64,000 nucleotides of DNA from Felis catus (taxonomy: Eukaryota), in the NCBI RefSeq assembly GCF_018350175.1, contig NC_058368.1, positions 183,460,001 through 183,524,000 of the forward strand. Reading direction: 5' to 3'. The position numbers and the translations under genes are program-made. Positions 38,080-52,810 of the stretch are shown here, piece after piece. A model generated the notes under the pieces. It saw only the letters and a program-made list of their open reading frames with translations. It searched no databases and was not told where the DNA came from. The stretch's first letter is position 1, and each line of letters starts with the position of its first letter.

Positions 38080-39089
38080 TAGAACACGAGTCTAGGTAGA
38101 AATTGAATAAGGTATATGTATTTCAAGATGAGTTATAATGGTGCAAGTTTCCTAGCTTAGTTTCTTTTCAAGTGGGCTAGTGTCAGTGAAGGGAATTAAT
38201 ATTTATTTAAAATATACTTATATTGAATCTATGTTAATATTATCATATATAATTCAGTTTAATTCTTAAAAAAATCCACGAGGCAATATGATTAACACTA
38301 TTTGCTGTTGAGAAAAAGGAGACTCCATAACATGAGAAATTCAGTGTCAGAAGAAGGATTACAATTTGGTCTATTTGATATTAAAGCAATTCCTACATAC
38401 CAAATTCAAATACTACTCAATGAAAGCACAATAGCATTTCAAGCATATCGTCACATGCAAATATTTGCAGAGGCACTAAGAATTACATAAAGTTCAGTAA
38501 ATTTGATACTAGAAATCACCACAAGCACTTTCATACCATAAAAACTGATATCTTCTTTAAATGCAATTTGATTAAAATGAGAAGTCATTGTACTGTATTA
38601 CGGGTCTTGGAGATGGAAAAATTCAGTATGACTTATCTGTTATCACATAGTGACAGAATTTGAACACAAGTTTATACTTTCCTAACTCACTATTATATCC
38701 TATTTGAGTTAGGATAAAAACAAGGTGTGAATACTTCAGAAAAATATTCATTACCAATATCACTACTGATGCAAAGTCTTGGTAGCTGCAAATATATGAA
38801 ATTGTTCAATGAATATCACAAATTCATTTGGTTATATGCAACATCGTGTGTGTTGTATTTCAAGTTTCTTAAATAATGAATATATTTCAGTTACAAATTT
38901 AAAAACAAGGTAGGAGTCAATATTAATTTCTGTGTCTAAAATCTCTAAACATGCACTTTACTTTTTTAAGTTTAAAAAGAATAGTTACCTAGCAAAAATG
39001 ATTAATAAAATTGGAAGATTAAGTATTAAAAAGTGGTACCGCCACTTGTTACTTGTATTTCTAATTGGCTATTAATAGTGGTTCCTAGG

Positions 39090-39658
39090 ACCTCATCCTC
39101 AGATTAGATTAATTTTCGAAAGAGAAACACTTTTCTTACTAGATCACCAGTTTAGTATAACAGGGTATAATTCAGAAATAGCTACATGGAAGAGACACAC
39201 AGGGCAAGGTATGTGGAAATTGTGGGGAGCTTCCGTGTTCTCTGAGCACATGTCACTTTCCCTATGTTTCCATATGTTCACCAAGCCAGAAGCTCCCCAA
39301 ACCCTATCTTTTTGGGTTTTTTATGGAGGCCTTATTACATAGGCGTAATTGATTAAATCATTGGCCAATGGCAGTTAATTCAATCTTCACAGCCCCTCTC
39401 CCCTCCCCAGGGGTCAGGAAGTGAGACTGAAAGTTCCAGTCCTCCAATGGCATGGTTGGCTTCAGCCCCATATTTAGGTGCTTCCCAAAGTCATCTCATT
39501 AACATAACAAAACACCTTTATCACTCTCACCATTTAAGAAATTCCAAGGATTTGGGGAGCTGTGAGCCAGGAACTGTGATCACAGACCAAATATAATGAG
39601 AAACATATTTTGGTCATCTGAATAACTGAACATACTTCTTATAAATCGCAGTATCACA
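39090..39658 (-). mobile_element. MER21-like LTR (partial)
   Basis: Reverse complement begins TGTGATACTGCGATTTATAAG; homologous to 59519-60522. Confidence 0.8.
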
Positions 39659-40119
39659 ACCATCATTCCCCCCAGGCTTTCCTTTCTCATGTTTAATTAC
39701 TGTGTATATCATTTCAGCTCATTTTTATGTAGTACATATGTTTTATATAGTTATATTCAATATTTCTATGTACATCTATACTGTATGAATTTTCTTTATT
39801 TCAAAATAGAATCACACTGTATATTGTTTTATAATTTGCTTTTATTTACCCAAAATATCTATCATGGATATACATGAATTAGCCTCATTCTTAGTAGGTC
39901 TAGAGTCTTCCATAACACTTCGCAACTTTTCAGTCTAAAAATAATGTTGCAATAAATATACAATTGACTGGCTGTAAGATTGTTTCTAGAGTTTACACAG
40001 CTTAAAAGGACATACGCCTTTCCTTCAACATATCCTTCTCTCACCCCACCTTCCTCCCACAAAACAAAAATTTTCTCAAGAAAATGTGGAACAAGGTAAT
40101 GTTCACTTGTTCACAATTT

Positions 40120-40500
40120 TAACCTTGACAACTTTAGTTAATTACTCCCTATCTCCATTTCTTTGTCAGCAAAATAGGGATAACAATAGTACTTATGTCT
40201 TAGTGTTGTTGAGAAGATTGCATTATTAGAACAATTCCTGGGGCACCTACGTGGCTCAGTCGGTTAAGCATCCGACTTCGGCTCAGGTCATGATCTTGCG
40301 GTCTGCGAGTTTGAGCCCCATGTCAGGCTCTGTGCTGACAGCTCAGAGCCTGGAGCCTGTTTCAGATTCTGTGTCTCCCTCTCTCTCTCTGACCCTCCCC
40401 TGTTCATGCTGTCTCTCCCTGTCTAAAAAATAAACGTTAAAAAAAAATTAAAAAAAAAAAGAACTATTCCTTTCATTTAATAAAGAGCTCAATTAATGTC
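40120..40500 (+). mobile_element. MIR interrupted by SINE
   Basis: aaaatagggataacaatagtactt...gttgttgagaagatt; resumes after the SINE. Confidence 0.55.
40240..40459 (+). mobile_element. CanSINE
   Basis: SINE head and tail; TSD AGAAC(A/T)ATTCCT. Confidence 0.95.
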
Positions 40501-40965
40501 ACTTATAAACTGATTGTCAACCATCTAGGATAGGAGTGTGATATGAAGTGGCCAACTTCCTTTTTTTTAGCAAAATGGCAAATAAAAAATAAAATAGTGC
40601 AAATTTGTTCCCCTGATATGAAATGACAATTTTATAATACATAAAATTTCTAAAATTATTTTGCTGTTTCTGAACCATGTATTTCTGCTTGTTTGGCCTA
40701 CTAGTGTATTCTTGTATCCTTAATGTACTATAAAACAGTGCCTATAAGGAAAATAAATAAAATAAATTAAAATGTACCCATTAGTATATCTAGCAATGAT
40801 TACACACACATTGGTAATCTTGTAGTGATACTGGGTATGAATAACCTTCAATACTCAGAATTATAAAATTAGGAGTAAACAGCAAACATGTCCATTTGCA
40901 TCTTTCATCTCCTCCTACATCAACGATGTGAATAACTTAGTAAACATAAAGCTACACATGAGACA

Positions 40966-41180
40966 TTTATTGTTTTTAATGTTTATTTATTTAGAGAGAG
41001 CATGAGTATGTGCGTGCACTTGAGCAAGAAAGTGACAGAGGAAGGGGGAGAGAGAATCTTAAGCAGGCTCTATGCCCAGCATGGTGCCCAATGGGGGGCT
41101 GGATCTCACAATTGTGAGATCATGACCTAAGCTAAAATCAAGAGTCAGACACTTAGTCAATTGAGCCACCCAGTCATCCC
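40966..41180 (-). mobile_element. CanSINE (older)
   Basis: Antisense SINE ending TGAGCCACCCAGTCATCCC. Confidence 0.9.
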
Positions 41181-41398
41181 AAGCTTTTATTGACATATGT
41201 AAAAAAGCTTTCCTATTGTCCACACACATGTGTGTATCTTAGGTAACATTTTGAAAACTGTTAAAGAAATTACTACCATATTTTTTTATGTGTAAATTTA
41301 TTTTATGGTTAAACCTTTTTGAAATGTCCATTCTATATTTAGATTCACTTTTTGAGTTATTGTTACAAGATTTAGAATCAATATTGGAACCCCTGATG

Positions 41399-41399
41399 A

Positions 41400-41431
<32 letters not shown>

Positions 41432-41443
41432 AATCATCTATCT
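41399..41443 (+). repeat. (TATC)n microsatellite
   Basis: Tandem tetramer seen directly. Confidence 0.92.
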
Positions 41444-42419
41444 AGATAAATGGATATGCACAGTCACAAAATAGATCCATCATAGTTGAAAAGAGACAAA
41501 TCTAATTTATGTGGATGATCATTATTTCCTCCCTTGATAACTTAGTAAATCTGGTTTTGCATGTCTGTTACTTTGGAAGCTCCTCTTTTCTAATAAGGTC
41601 AGTTACATCAGATGCTTCCATTGTTATATAGTCACATAGAGATTCCCTGTCCCTCTTTTCCTATAAATACATGCAAAATGATGGGGGCAGGGTCCATCTT
41701 TACTAGAAAGTTTGCCATGATTTATCCAATCATGACCATAATGTGACACTCCTTTTATGATATAATGAAAGCATGGGAAATCATGTATGTTCTGCTGTTC
41801 CTTTGCTTATAGAATTTTGCCAAATAGCTGTATTTTAAATTTACATGGAGTGACATCAGTGGCATTTGTGTAAAGAGGCCCACAAGCCCAATTGTACAAT
41901 AGCAGCACCAAAAAGTGCATAGTGTTATAATGTGAATTGAGAAAAATAAATATTTGGTCAGTCACATTTATATTTAGCAGTTAAAACTAGAGAACATAAT
42001 TGTTAGCACTATTGTCTCTCTACCTAGGAAGAATTCTCTATTTAACCAAGAACACCGACCAATATCTGCTCTTATCTCTTCTACCAGCTATTCTACACAT
42101 TTACTAGAATCCGTAGGCCCCCTCGTCATCACTTAATTCCAGTGAATAAAGAAAAATTCTTTCTTTTACATGATTGAATTTGAGGTCTTGAGGTTTATCA
42201 CCAGCTATCTAGTTATTGGAGCTAGGTGAGAAAGCGTTTTTAGTTTCCCCCTCTTGGACATTACCTCTTCCCTGATATATTCCCTGATCCTTCTTGTGGA
42301 GAGTTAATTACTCACTACTCTATATTATCACTACTACCGGGGTATATTTCTTATGTGCTACTTTTATCAAATTCTAATTACTTCTTTGTTGATCTGTCTT
42401 CTCTAAAAAAATTTTTCAT

Positions 42420-43220
42420 TCCTAAAACTTGAGGACACAACAATGAACAAAAGCCAAAGAAACTTACAATCTAAGAGGAAAGAAATAGTAATATAAACAT
42501 ATAAACAAATGAATAAAAAAGATAAACAGTAAATGAACAAATACAACAATATAGATCAAATATGTGCTAAGAAGAAAATGAATATATCACTATGATGCAA
42601 AATAGTAAGGGACAATTACTTAAGTAAGGTGTTTAGGAAAGGCAGCCCCAAGGCTCTGAGACTGAAATCCAAACAAGGAAATACTGGAAATTCCCAGAAG
42701 AGAGTTCTAGGCAAGGGACAGATCAGGTGAAGCCTGCATTGTGGAAGGAAAATTGGACTTTTTTTTTCTAAGTTCAATTAATTTATTTCAACAATCATAT
42801 TTTGGAATTTATAATGTGCCCGGATATAATGATAAACATAAAATATCTGTCCTCGATGGAACTTATACTGGACACAGGTGACAATGCAACACACTAAAAC
42901 ATAAATATTATTAAAAAAATGATTTGAGATGTCAATAAGATCTGTAAATATGATACAGAAAATCTTAGTGTGATGGGATGGTGGCCAGGGTGGCCTGTCT
43001 GTGCAGTAATTTTTATCAAAACAGTGAAAAATATGAAGGAGTGAATCAAGTGAAATCGGAGGAAGGGCAGACCACGCGAGAGTAGAGCCCTGCAAAGTCT
43101 TGAAGCCAGGAAGAGTTTGACCAATGGAACGAACAGCAGGGCTGGCATGATGGGAGCACTATGTCACAGGGCCAGTTGTAAGCACATGAAGTAAACTAGT
43201 AGACTAGAGCCAGATCATTA
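42420..43220 (-). mobile_element. Two adjacent antisense L2 fragments
   Basis: gaaacttacaatctaag...ggaaaggc; atttatttcaacaatcatattt...atggaacttatactg...aggaagagtttg. Confidence 0.6.
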
Positions 43221-45842
43221 TGGTATACTGATCCAAAGAGGAACAGAAGAGTAAATGTAAAAAGAAAAACTTTAACTACTGTTTTCCCACTACTTTTTAC
43301 TTATACAGAGAGGGCATGCTTTTCAAAATGCTTCCACGGGGCCACCTGATGCCAAGGTATACCTTGCATTCACCTACAGAAAGTCATTTTTGGTCTCTGC
43401 TGAATCTTAGAATCTTTTATGAGGTTTTTAAAAACCAATTGTTCTTGGCCCTCCTTCAAGAGGTATAGAAACCTAGATATGCATATATATGTATATATTT
43501 TAATTATTTTAATCATAGGCAATCTGATGAACAGGAGAAAAATCATTGCTTTCTATTCACTTGGTCTAATTGACCATTGTTTGTAGGAGACAGAAATTAT
43601 CAGGGGAAAATATGTGATCATCAAGATGATTTCTTTCTCACTGTAGATGCATTTTTATCAGGGAGATTGCCAATTGCAAAGCGTAGTGATGTGACTGTCA
43701 GTCACATTTTGCTACCTGGATGTTACTGAAGATTTCTACATTCTCTCTTGAAACTTGAGTCATCAAGTTTTCAACATTCAAGTCATCAACTTTTCATCAC
43801 TAATGAAAAGATTAGTTTGTGGCCAATGAATACATTTTAATGGTAAATCCTCTGAATGTTATTTTCCTGATACTACAGGGGTAACAAATTATCTAGTCAT
43901 AACTTAACAGATATTACATTAGGGTTGAAATATTAAGGTTGTCCTAACTGATAATTCTATTGCAAATAAAATAATCTTTTAAAGTACAGTAATAAACCAG
44001 CCTAATTTCTATGCCATATGCTCAACAGTTGCAAAATATTATTGGAAATTAAAATGCACAGACTTATCTTAATGTTTAAAATGAATAAAAATATACAATA
44101 GAAAGAACATAATACTCAGTAATCTTCCAGCTGAGCCTCAGAATTCCAATGCCAAATTGCTTTAAAGAATAAATTCTGATAGAATGGCATATATGCTACT
44201 ACATTATGCATATGAGCCTTGTGTATATTGAAAAAAGGAATTACATTAAATGTGGTATTTTTGCAAACATGGAAGAAAAGTTTTTTTTCTGAAAATGAGA
44301 TGAATCAATCAGAGTTCCTCAAAATCAAAATAAAAGGAAATGTCCTTTCTAAAACAAGTCTGTATATGAATATCACACCATTCAACAAATGATACTTACA
44401 CAGTTAGATTTAGGATTATGTGTAAAATTTTTCCTTAATTACCATAGTAGTTATCTCTTTAAACATCTTTTCAGAGACTTATTCATATGGTAACATTCAG
44501 AAAGTAAAGATAGATTTATAAATATATTGAAGGTGTCAAACTAAAATTATAAGCTCTAGAGTAGTGATTCTCAAAGGGAAAAGAGTCCAAGAAAAAGTAT
44601 TAGATGGGGCATATCAGAATGCAAATATTGTAAATGCTTTGATTTTTTAAAATATTTGTATCTATGTTACTAAAGTAAACTGGAAGTTCAAATACTATAA
44701 ACCTTTTTTTAAAGAATATAAAAGCAGACGTGTTTAAAAACCTTCTAAAATATTGCTTTTGCATTCCAAATGACATATTACATGTCAGCGTATGATATGT
44801 AGCCTTGTACTAAAGCAAGGGTATGTGAGATCTCTTCCTTCATTAAGAAGAAGAAAGCATAGAGGAAACATTAAGAAGAAAAACTATACAACTTTTCAAA
44901 TATCAAGCCTCGTTAGAATTTTGTACTACGTTCAAAAATATGTGCAAGAAATTAGGATCAGTTGTCATTTAGGGGAAGAGTATTTAAAGTTGATGATGAT
45001 AAATTCTATACCAGTATAATTTTGTAGCAGGAATTTTGAAAAATCTAGTACTTCAAACTTAGTAAATTAAATTCAGCAACTAACATGATAAACTTTCAAA
45101 TCTCACTTTTGCAAGGTAAAACTGACCTTATTAGCTTTAGATAAACTTTAAAGTGTGAGAAGATACTAATTATTCCAAGGCAATACACACACAATGCCGG
45201 GAATTTATGACATGGCATAGTATCTTCCATTCTTGCAATGTGTTATTTTGAGAAAGAGATGGAGGAAAGAAACTCATGCAGAAGGGCATACAAACCATGA
45301 GCCAACACCATGGTTATTAGCATTTTTTGTACAACATTTTCTTTCATTTTCAAAATACACCTCTTATTGCATATTATCATTTCGCTGAGAGAGTGTAGTT
45401 GACTTAACCGTCACCACCACCACATAGCTTGTTAGGGTTACTGCTGGGATATTAACTTTTCAGCCTAATTCCCATATTTTCTTCATTGTACTCAGACACT
45501 GTGATCTCTTTATTGAACCTATATCATCTCACCATAACTAAAAATTAGTTGAGTAAACCTTAAGTACCATTTCTAAGCAAGTTCTCAATTTTAAACTACC
45601 TTCTTTGAAAGATAAAGGGAACAAATGACAAGGTTAAGCAGAAACGAACACACTAGGATCTCCTTATTTTCAGCAAAAATAGCAGCAAAACTAGTTAGTA
45701 TACAGGTATGAGTTTCCCATGTTGCATGATATATTTATGCTTTCAACTTATTCTCATTACTTCACAGCAGAATGTGATTATCCAAGAAAATGAATCTACT
45801 TCCATTAGAAGAAGAATATTTCAGTGACGAATGGTGTCAAAG

Positions 45843-45845
<3 letters not shown>

Positions 45846-45888
<43 letters not shown>
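45846..45888 (+). repeat. (TG)n microsatellite
   Basis: About 21 perfect TG units. Confidence 0.97.
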
Positions 45889-45891
<3 letters not shown>

Positions 45892-48177
45892 ACATATATA
45901 CATATATAATTTGTCTTGGAAACTGAATTGCTGGTTGTGAATAGCTCTTTCAAAAATTGTCTCTCTTGGAGTTGTCCAGGACAGAACTCATATTCAGAAG
46001 CGCATAGTGGAGTGCTGATTGAATTGTTATAGGGAGAAGCACTGTTGCCTGGACCAGCCAATAAGAGGCAGGAAGAAGTCAATCAAATTTTAAAGATAGG
46101 GTGTGTTTGGAAACTTTTCTGTATTTGTCATATGCCCCTAAACAGAGAGAACTACCAGGGAATGTAATTAGGATAAAGGATGTTTTATGATAGGAAAAGT
46201 GTTCTATGAAAGGTGGCTACTTTGTTTTTACTCTGATTTGTCTTTCTCTGAGAGATCTCCAGTGTGCATCTTAATATCATTTTAAAACTATCTCATAACA
46301 AAATAGGGAAAATAATTCAAAATCTTGAGAAAAATGGTTTTCAAATAGGATATGATTTAAAACACATTAGAAAATACTCTGCAATACCATTTGACTATGA
46401 ATTTGCAAAGATCAAAATAATCACATTATTTCTGGAATGCAAATAAATATTCACCTAGACATTAAAAATTAACAAACTATTCCTAATCTATGATAATAAT
46501 AATCACATACATATTTTCTAGAATCCAAAAGAGACATACTAAAGCTCCACAGGTAATGCAGATGTGTATGACTTTTAGATTACATTGGAAAGCCATAAAA
46601 GAAGCAAAAAAAATTAACCTTATATTCCCTCAAATACGGACTTATAAAATAAGGATTAAACCAAGTATTACATGGGTGATATTTTCTCAATCAATCATTA
46701 TCAGTTTCAGCACAATAGGCTGAACTACTCTAAGAATACAGTTTCACTTGTCAAGCAACCTCTATAAAACTTTTATTTAACCTTTCATGTATCACAACAT
46801 TGTAGTTTTGATATATACCACTTCCATTATATCCTTTCTCTTAAGTATCCGGACTACTTAGGCAACTTTTACTAAGTTTATTTTTGAGTTCTCATTGGTA
46901 TAATAAACAAAATGAGTAATAACCATTTGATGGTAAAGTTGACAGTTCTTTATTTGCATATATTTTGAGATAGTCTGGAAACTAAAACATTTCATAATCT
47001 TTCTCAAATCCATTGGACATGTAAGCAGAGGGATCTGAGTTAGCTGATCTATTTTCCCTTGGTAATGATGTTGATTTCAAGGTTGATTATATATTCATAA
47101 AATTGGATTCATGTGTGTGTGAATATACAAGTTTTATAAAGCATGAAAAAGATGTATTTAATGTCACATATCAGTATTCTAAAGGTTTTTTTAAATTGAA
47201 TTATCATATGAGGCATAACAATCAAGACATCTCAGGGCAATGTATTATTAATGTTTTTAAAAAATATTTTAGTATGCATCAAATTTGAAATACAGACGTT
47301 TTTACATTACTATATTTATAAACCTGAAAGATATATAGATACAGAAAGTTGTATAGCACCACTGAAAAACAAATTGCAATATAATTTTTAAATTTATAAC
47401 AACCTTGAAGATTCAGTAATACATGCATCTTATTTTTTTGATATTTTTTTTGAGCTAAAGAATATTTTCTTTATTCCAGAATGCCTCAAAACACAAACAT
47501 GCAAAAAATTGCTTTATAGCGTAAGGAAATCTATTAATAAAATTTAAGCTATCAAGTTAATTTTTAACCTCCTCCAGAAAGAATGAGTTAGGGAAATGCA
47601 AGTAACACCAAAATAATGTGCATATGAATTGCTATTAAATTTTTATACCTCCGTAATTAGAAAGAAAGACCAATCATTTAAAACTCGGAAAGAAAATCAT
47701 CTACAGGACTTATATGAGTTTACATATTTTATTTTCAGTAGTGTTAGAGTATGTTCGTAAAACATTAAGACACATGTAAATATAGTCCAATGGGATGACC
47801 CAAATGCATGAAATAGTAGTTAGGAATAACATGGTTGTGGGAAAGCATTTGTAAATAACACTGATATTATCTAAACGACAATGTGAGGATTTGAAAGATT
47901 GAATATTACTTGAAGTTCCCATTTAAAATAGTATCATTCAAAATCAACACCACCCTTTTCACTATTTGGAAAGAGGAGTTTAAAGATTTCAGTAGGGAAA
48001 TAAAAACAATCATAAGGTTAATGAGGAAAATCTGAAATTGGTCAAGACCTTCCTTTCTACCTTTTCAGTAACTTTGTGGGTATTCTCTGTTGTCCTTGTA
48101 GTCTTTCCTGGGCTCCTATTACTTTCAACTATGTCAACCACTCTTTTTCTTGTCAAGGACTTGGTAGTACCAAACTT

Positions 48178-48380
48178 CAGTGGTTTTCATACTTTAGCAC
48201 GCATTGAATTTACCTGAGGACTAGGTTAAGAATGCACTTTTCCAGAATATAACCCATGGAGTTTGTGATTCAGTGTTGAGGGGATTAAGGGCGGGGGGGG
48301 GGGGGGGGAGAGGAACAAGAAGCTGCATTTTTATTTATTCTGATGCAGGTAATCTGGAGACCAAATTTTGAAAACCGTGT
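48178..48380. mobile_element. MER5B-like MITE with internal G-run
   Basis: cagtggttttcatacttt...gcattgaatttacctg...ttctgatgcaggt...ttttgaaaaccgtg. Confidence 0.65.
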
Positions 48381-48864
48381 TTTAGGAATACTTGAATGAG
48401 TAAAAGTCTCCAGTCCCAAAAAGAAGGATTAAAAATGTGGGCTATTGTTGGATAGCATTTTAACACATATTTTAAATGTATATAAACTTGGAAGTTTCTG
48501 GTGTTTATCAATAATGTGATCCTCAAAAATCACTTCATTATCTTGGTTCTCACTTTTCTCATATAAAACTTTGGGTATTCAACTAGATGACATCTAAGAA
48601 TAATGTTTTGAATTTGGGGTCATCTAATAGTATCAGTTTTCTCCAGCTATCAGGGGATATAGTATTATATAAAGAAGGCCCTCAGTCTCCTTCAAATCAA
48701 AATTGAGAAATGCCTGCTTTACTTTTTCCTAATTAGATGTCTTAGTCACACTAATGGATAGAATAATATGGTGGCACATACTTATTTTTTTCTGCCCCAT
48801 AATTCCTACCCTTTTTTCAAAGAATTGCCCATGCTTCCCTTGTGAACTGCTTTTCCTGACTCCA

Positions 48865-49290
48865 TCCGTGACTGCAATGAAAACCCTCATTTTTACAGTG
48901 TGATCTACTCCTGGAAAGTTCTTGATTGGCTCAGGTGTCAAGATTTGATCTAAGCTGGGACAAATATTCTCTTCCCTGAGAGTTTTGTGGATTTGAGACT
49001 CATGGCAAGTTGATCTCTTCCTAAAAGCTTGACCTAGGGGATCAAAATCTCAGATAATGTTAGAAGCATCTGCATGGTAAATTACATTGAAAAGACAGAA
49101 ATAGAACATACCGAGACAAGCAAAGGTGAGAATCAAAGAGAAAGTGGTCATTCTCTCATTTCATGGCACAGCAATATTACTATTCTTGATTTTCACAAAA
49201 GATCCAAAAGTCTTATGATAGATATATCTACCTTTGTGAATAAGCCACTTTGAGTTCTCCTTCGATGCTGATGAAATAAGAATCCTAATA
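48865..49290 (+). mobile_element. Probable old MaLR LTR (MLT1-like)
   Basis: tgattggctcagg...tgatctaagctggg...aagccactttgagtt...aagaatcctaata. Confidence 0.5.
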
Positions 49291-49574
49291 GTGAAGATTT
49301 TCAAGATGGGTACTGAAATTTCATCTGTAGCTTCCTAATCCATACAATTCAATAGAGGGAAAACATAATCTGAATTTGACTGGAATGGAAATTAGTAAGA
49401 CATAATTTGCTAGAGTAATCACATTTTGTATCTCTCCTTTATGTTTAGTGGCCTAAAGGGACATAATAACCAGTGACTATAGAGCAACTAGACTTCAGGG
49501 AAAATAGTCAACTCAACATTGCCACAAGGAATCCAAGAATCAAGAAATATAAAATATGTGGAATCATCTATAAT

Positions 49575-49670
49575 AAATATGATGTGAGCATAGCATAATA
49601 TATAAACCTGTCAAATCACTATATGACTGAAACTAATGTAACATTCCATGTCAATTATACTTCAATAATA
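49575..49670 (+). mobile_element. Carnivore L1 3' tail fragment
   Basis: gtgagcatagcataa...tgtcaaatcactata...tgaaactaatgtaacatt...gtcaattatacttcaata. Confidence 0.7.
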
Positions 49671-50099
49671 TATATATATGTAAATATATACAGTGAGATC
49701 ATATATATGATTTTAAGTGTGAATGCAAAGTATGCATTCTTTTTAATAAATGATTTTATTTATTATAACTAATGTTTAGATACAATAAGAATATAAGCTA
49801 GGAATAAGACTCACTATGTAATCTATACTTCCTATTTTTGTAATTCAAGCACATAGCATTTAACACATATTTTAAATAAATATAAATCTTCCTAACAGTG
49901 GCAAGACAGCTGAAAATACCAACAATAGCAATTTAAATTTTCTTTAAAAATTTACTAGCTTAAATATATTTACACATGTTACTTTTATCACAGATTTTAC
50001 AACTTAATATGTATATCAGTCTTCAATGATATTATATTTGTCATGAGTGGATTATCTATATCCATCATATGTATTATTTTCTGCATTAAGAAACAAATA

Positions 50100-50227
50100 G
50101 GGGACCTGGGTATCTCAGTCCATTAAGCATCTGACTTCAGCTCAAGTCAGGCATGATCTCATGGTTCATGAGATCAAGCCCCAAGTCGGGTTCTGTGTGT
50201 ATAACTCAGAGCCTGGAGCCTGCTTCA

Positions 50228-50270
<43 letters not shown>

Positions 50271-50285
50271 CCTCCCCATTCACAC

Positions 50286-50316
<31 letters not shown>

Positions 50317-50359
50317 TTCTTAAAACTAAACATTAATTTTTTTAAAAAAAGAAAAAAAT
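50100..50359 (+). mobile_element. CanSINE
   Basis: SINE head, (CT)n/(CTGT)n, A-tail. Confidence 0.92.
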
Positions 50360-51335
50360 AAATGTAGATTATGGTAACACACACCTACCTCATTCTACTA
50401 CCTTTCCATATGTCTTAGAATCACAAAATACTTAATTTCAGTTGTACTACAACCTGAAAATATGCAATATATGAGAATAAAATCTTAATATGTAGAGCTC
50501 AAAGGAAGCCCCAAGAAAGGCTAAATGTGCAACAAACATAAAGAGCATATGAGAATTATATTTTCCTATTTCCATTCTGGACTCTACTTGGAAAACATTG
50601 GGTGTTCATCAATAGGTGGTGGGGGAGGGGATTACTATCTACTTCATGAGAGAGGCTTTAGCCAGTAGGAAGAGTTCTTTGGCACCCTGTCATTGCTATC
50701 TTTTGTCTTTACTAGCACTTTGCTGATGCCAGTTTGGTGCGTACAACTTACAGCTATCCAACATTTTGAGTTACAGAAAGTATTAGGGCTAGGTGATGTA
50801 CATCCAAAGATATGGATTCATATCAAAGGAATTTATATCATTTATATGGATTTATATCAAATGATTTATTTTACATCAAAATAAGCTTGGATGGGGAAAT
50901 ATCCCTAAAGATGATTGAGCAAAGGCATTGCTGCCTTGCTCAACTCTTTTGAAAATGAAGTAGAATAACACAAAACTGAAGACATTAAAAAACAATTACA
51001 GTCCTGAAACAAATTCTATAAAGGGCTTCCATGTTCACAAAGAATTAAGTCCTAAGCAAGCTAAACAGATTTCAAGAAGGCAGTCACAATGCAGTGTATT
51101 CTCAGGATTGAAATGTTTCAAGTACATTTTGTGCAAAGTGAAAGACATGTATTAAACTTTATAAGAATAAAATATATTACTTATGGTAAAGTGAGCAGTG
51201 GAACTATGAATCATCTCATTAGGTAAAAAGATACACAACTTAATAGAAGATTATAAACACTAAAAATTTCTTGGGCTTTGAATATCAACCAACACATTAG
51301 AATGTTATAACTCTAGTATCTAAAAGTGGTTATTA

Positions 51336-51551
51336 GAGGTGCCTGCATGACTCAGTAGTTTAAGAGTGTCTGACTCTTGGTTTTGGCTCAGGTCATGATC
51401 TGGTGGTTCACTAGTTCAAGCCCTGCATCAGGCTCTGTACTGTCAGTGCAGAGCCTGCTTGGAATTCTGTCTCCTTCTCACTATGCCCCTCCCCCATTTG
51501 TCCTCTGTCTCTCAAAATGAATAAATAAAATTTAGAAGAAATAAAAAAAAA
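51336..51551 (+). mobile_element. CanSINE (older)
   Basis: SINE head and tail; TSD TAAAAGTGG(T/A)TA(T/C)TA. Confidence 0.92.
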
Positions 51552-52534
51552 TAAAAGTGGATACTAAAGCAAAGTGAAAATAATTTGCACCTCCTGTTTT
51601 TTTGTTTTTTGTTTTTTTTTTTTTTTGGCAAAATATTTAGACTGATCTGTCCTCACTTAAAGCTGAAGTAAGAGAAAACAGTAACATTGAAACAAAAGAA
51701 GATACTTAGTAAAACAGAAAAATGAATCCTCTATGAAATAACATAATTGATTATATAATTGAATGATGTAACTCTGGGCACTAATATCATCATTAAAAAT
51801 TCAGCAGAAAACTTTTTATAAAGTAGTATTCAATGCCTGAGTGAGAGTTCTTTATAAATACAGTGGTCACAACTTCTCATTCAGGAAATCTTATGGGTAT
51901 ACTCCAGAGGTTGAGAACTATGGCCTAAGGACCATCTGGGTTGCCACCTATTATTCTTAATATAATGCTATTGAAAAAAGCCACATCCATTTGTTGGAAT
52001 ACTGTCTTAGGTTGCTTTCTCCTTATAAAGGTCAAGTTGATCAGTTGTCACAGAGACATATAATCTCAAAGCCTAAAATATCAACTATCTGGCCATTACA
52101 TAAAAAGTCTCCGATGCGGATCTATTTTAAATGTGTATATTGATAAAACCTTTAGTAGATCTGCTTAATACATGATGAAATAATCTGCTGAACACAGGTT
52201 AACTTTGCATCTCAGAGGTAAAATATTGTGCAAAATCCATAAAGATATATTTGGCATAATAAAATGATCAAATTTCCACTAAAATGTACTACATTGTTGA
52301 TCTACAAAATAGCTGACCGCCCCCCCCAAAAATATCACTCACCAGATTCCTTCCATGTGTGAGTAATTCACATCTGCACATGTAGTAATAACTGATGCCA
52401 CAATTTATGTTGTACATGAAGTTGTGGCAAGATTTTTGGATACGAGTTGCAAAGCAAATGCAAATTTTATATTCTTCAAAATGTAAAAATATATTATTTT
52501 CTTAGAATTAAAGAAATGTATTATAGAATAATTC

Positions 52535-52810
52535 TTTCTACCAGGCAAAATTAATATAAATAGACCATCACATCGATTATATTCTAAGAAAACATTTGAA
52601 TTTCAAAGATAAACAAAGAATGCTCATAATTTACAAATATACCAAAATGAATCTTGCCTCAGACTTTTCCTCTGCAAAATGAGAAATAAAACTTTAATTC
52701 TTTATAAATGAAGCAATGAAGAATCCTCTACTAATATATATGGGAAATTCCAGGTTTATTGCTAAATAAAGTGTTGTTTAAGGGTCAAAGCAATGAAAAA
52801 AAATATATAT
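52535..52810 (+). mobile_element. Ancient L1/HAL1 ORF1 fragment
   Basis: ccaggcaaaattaat...ttgaatttcaaagataaa...cctcagacttttcctctgcaa resembles the ORF1 C-terminal half. Confidence 0.55.

Noticed and set aside
48288..48310. Long G-run (and C-run at about 63654-63667) as G-quadruplex elements
   Set aside because: Homopolymers inside repeat remnants; no evidence of function, and length is error-prone
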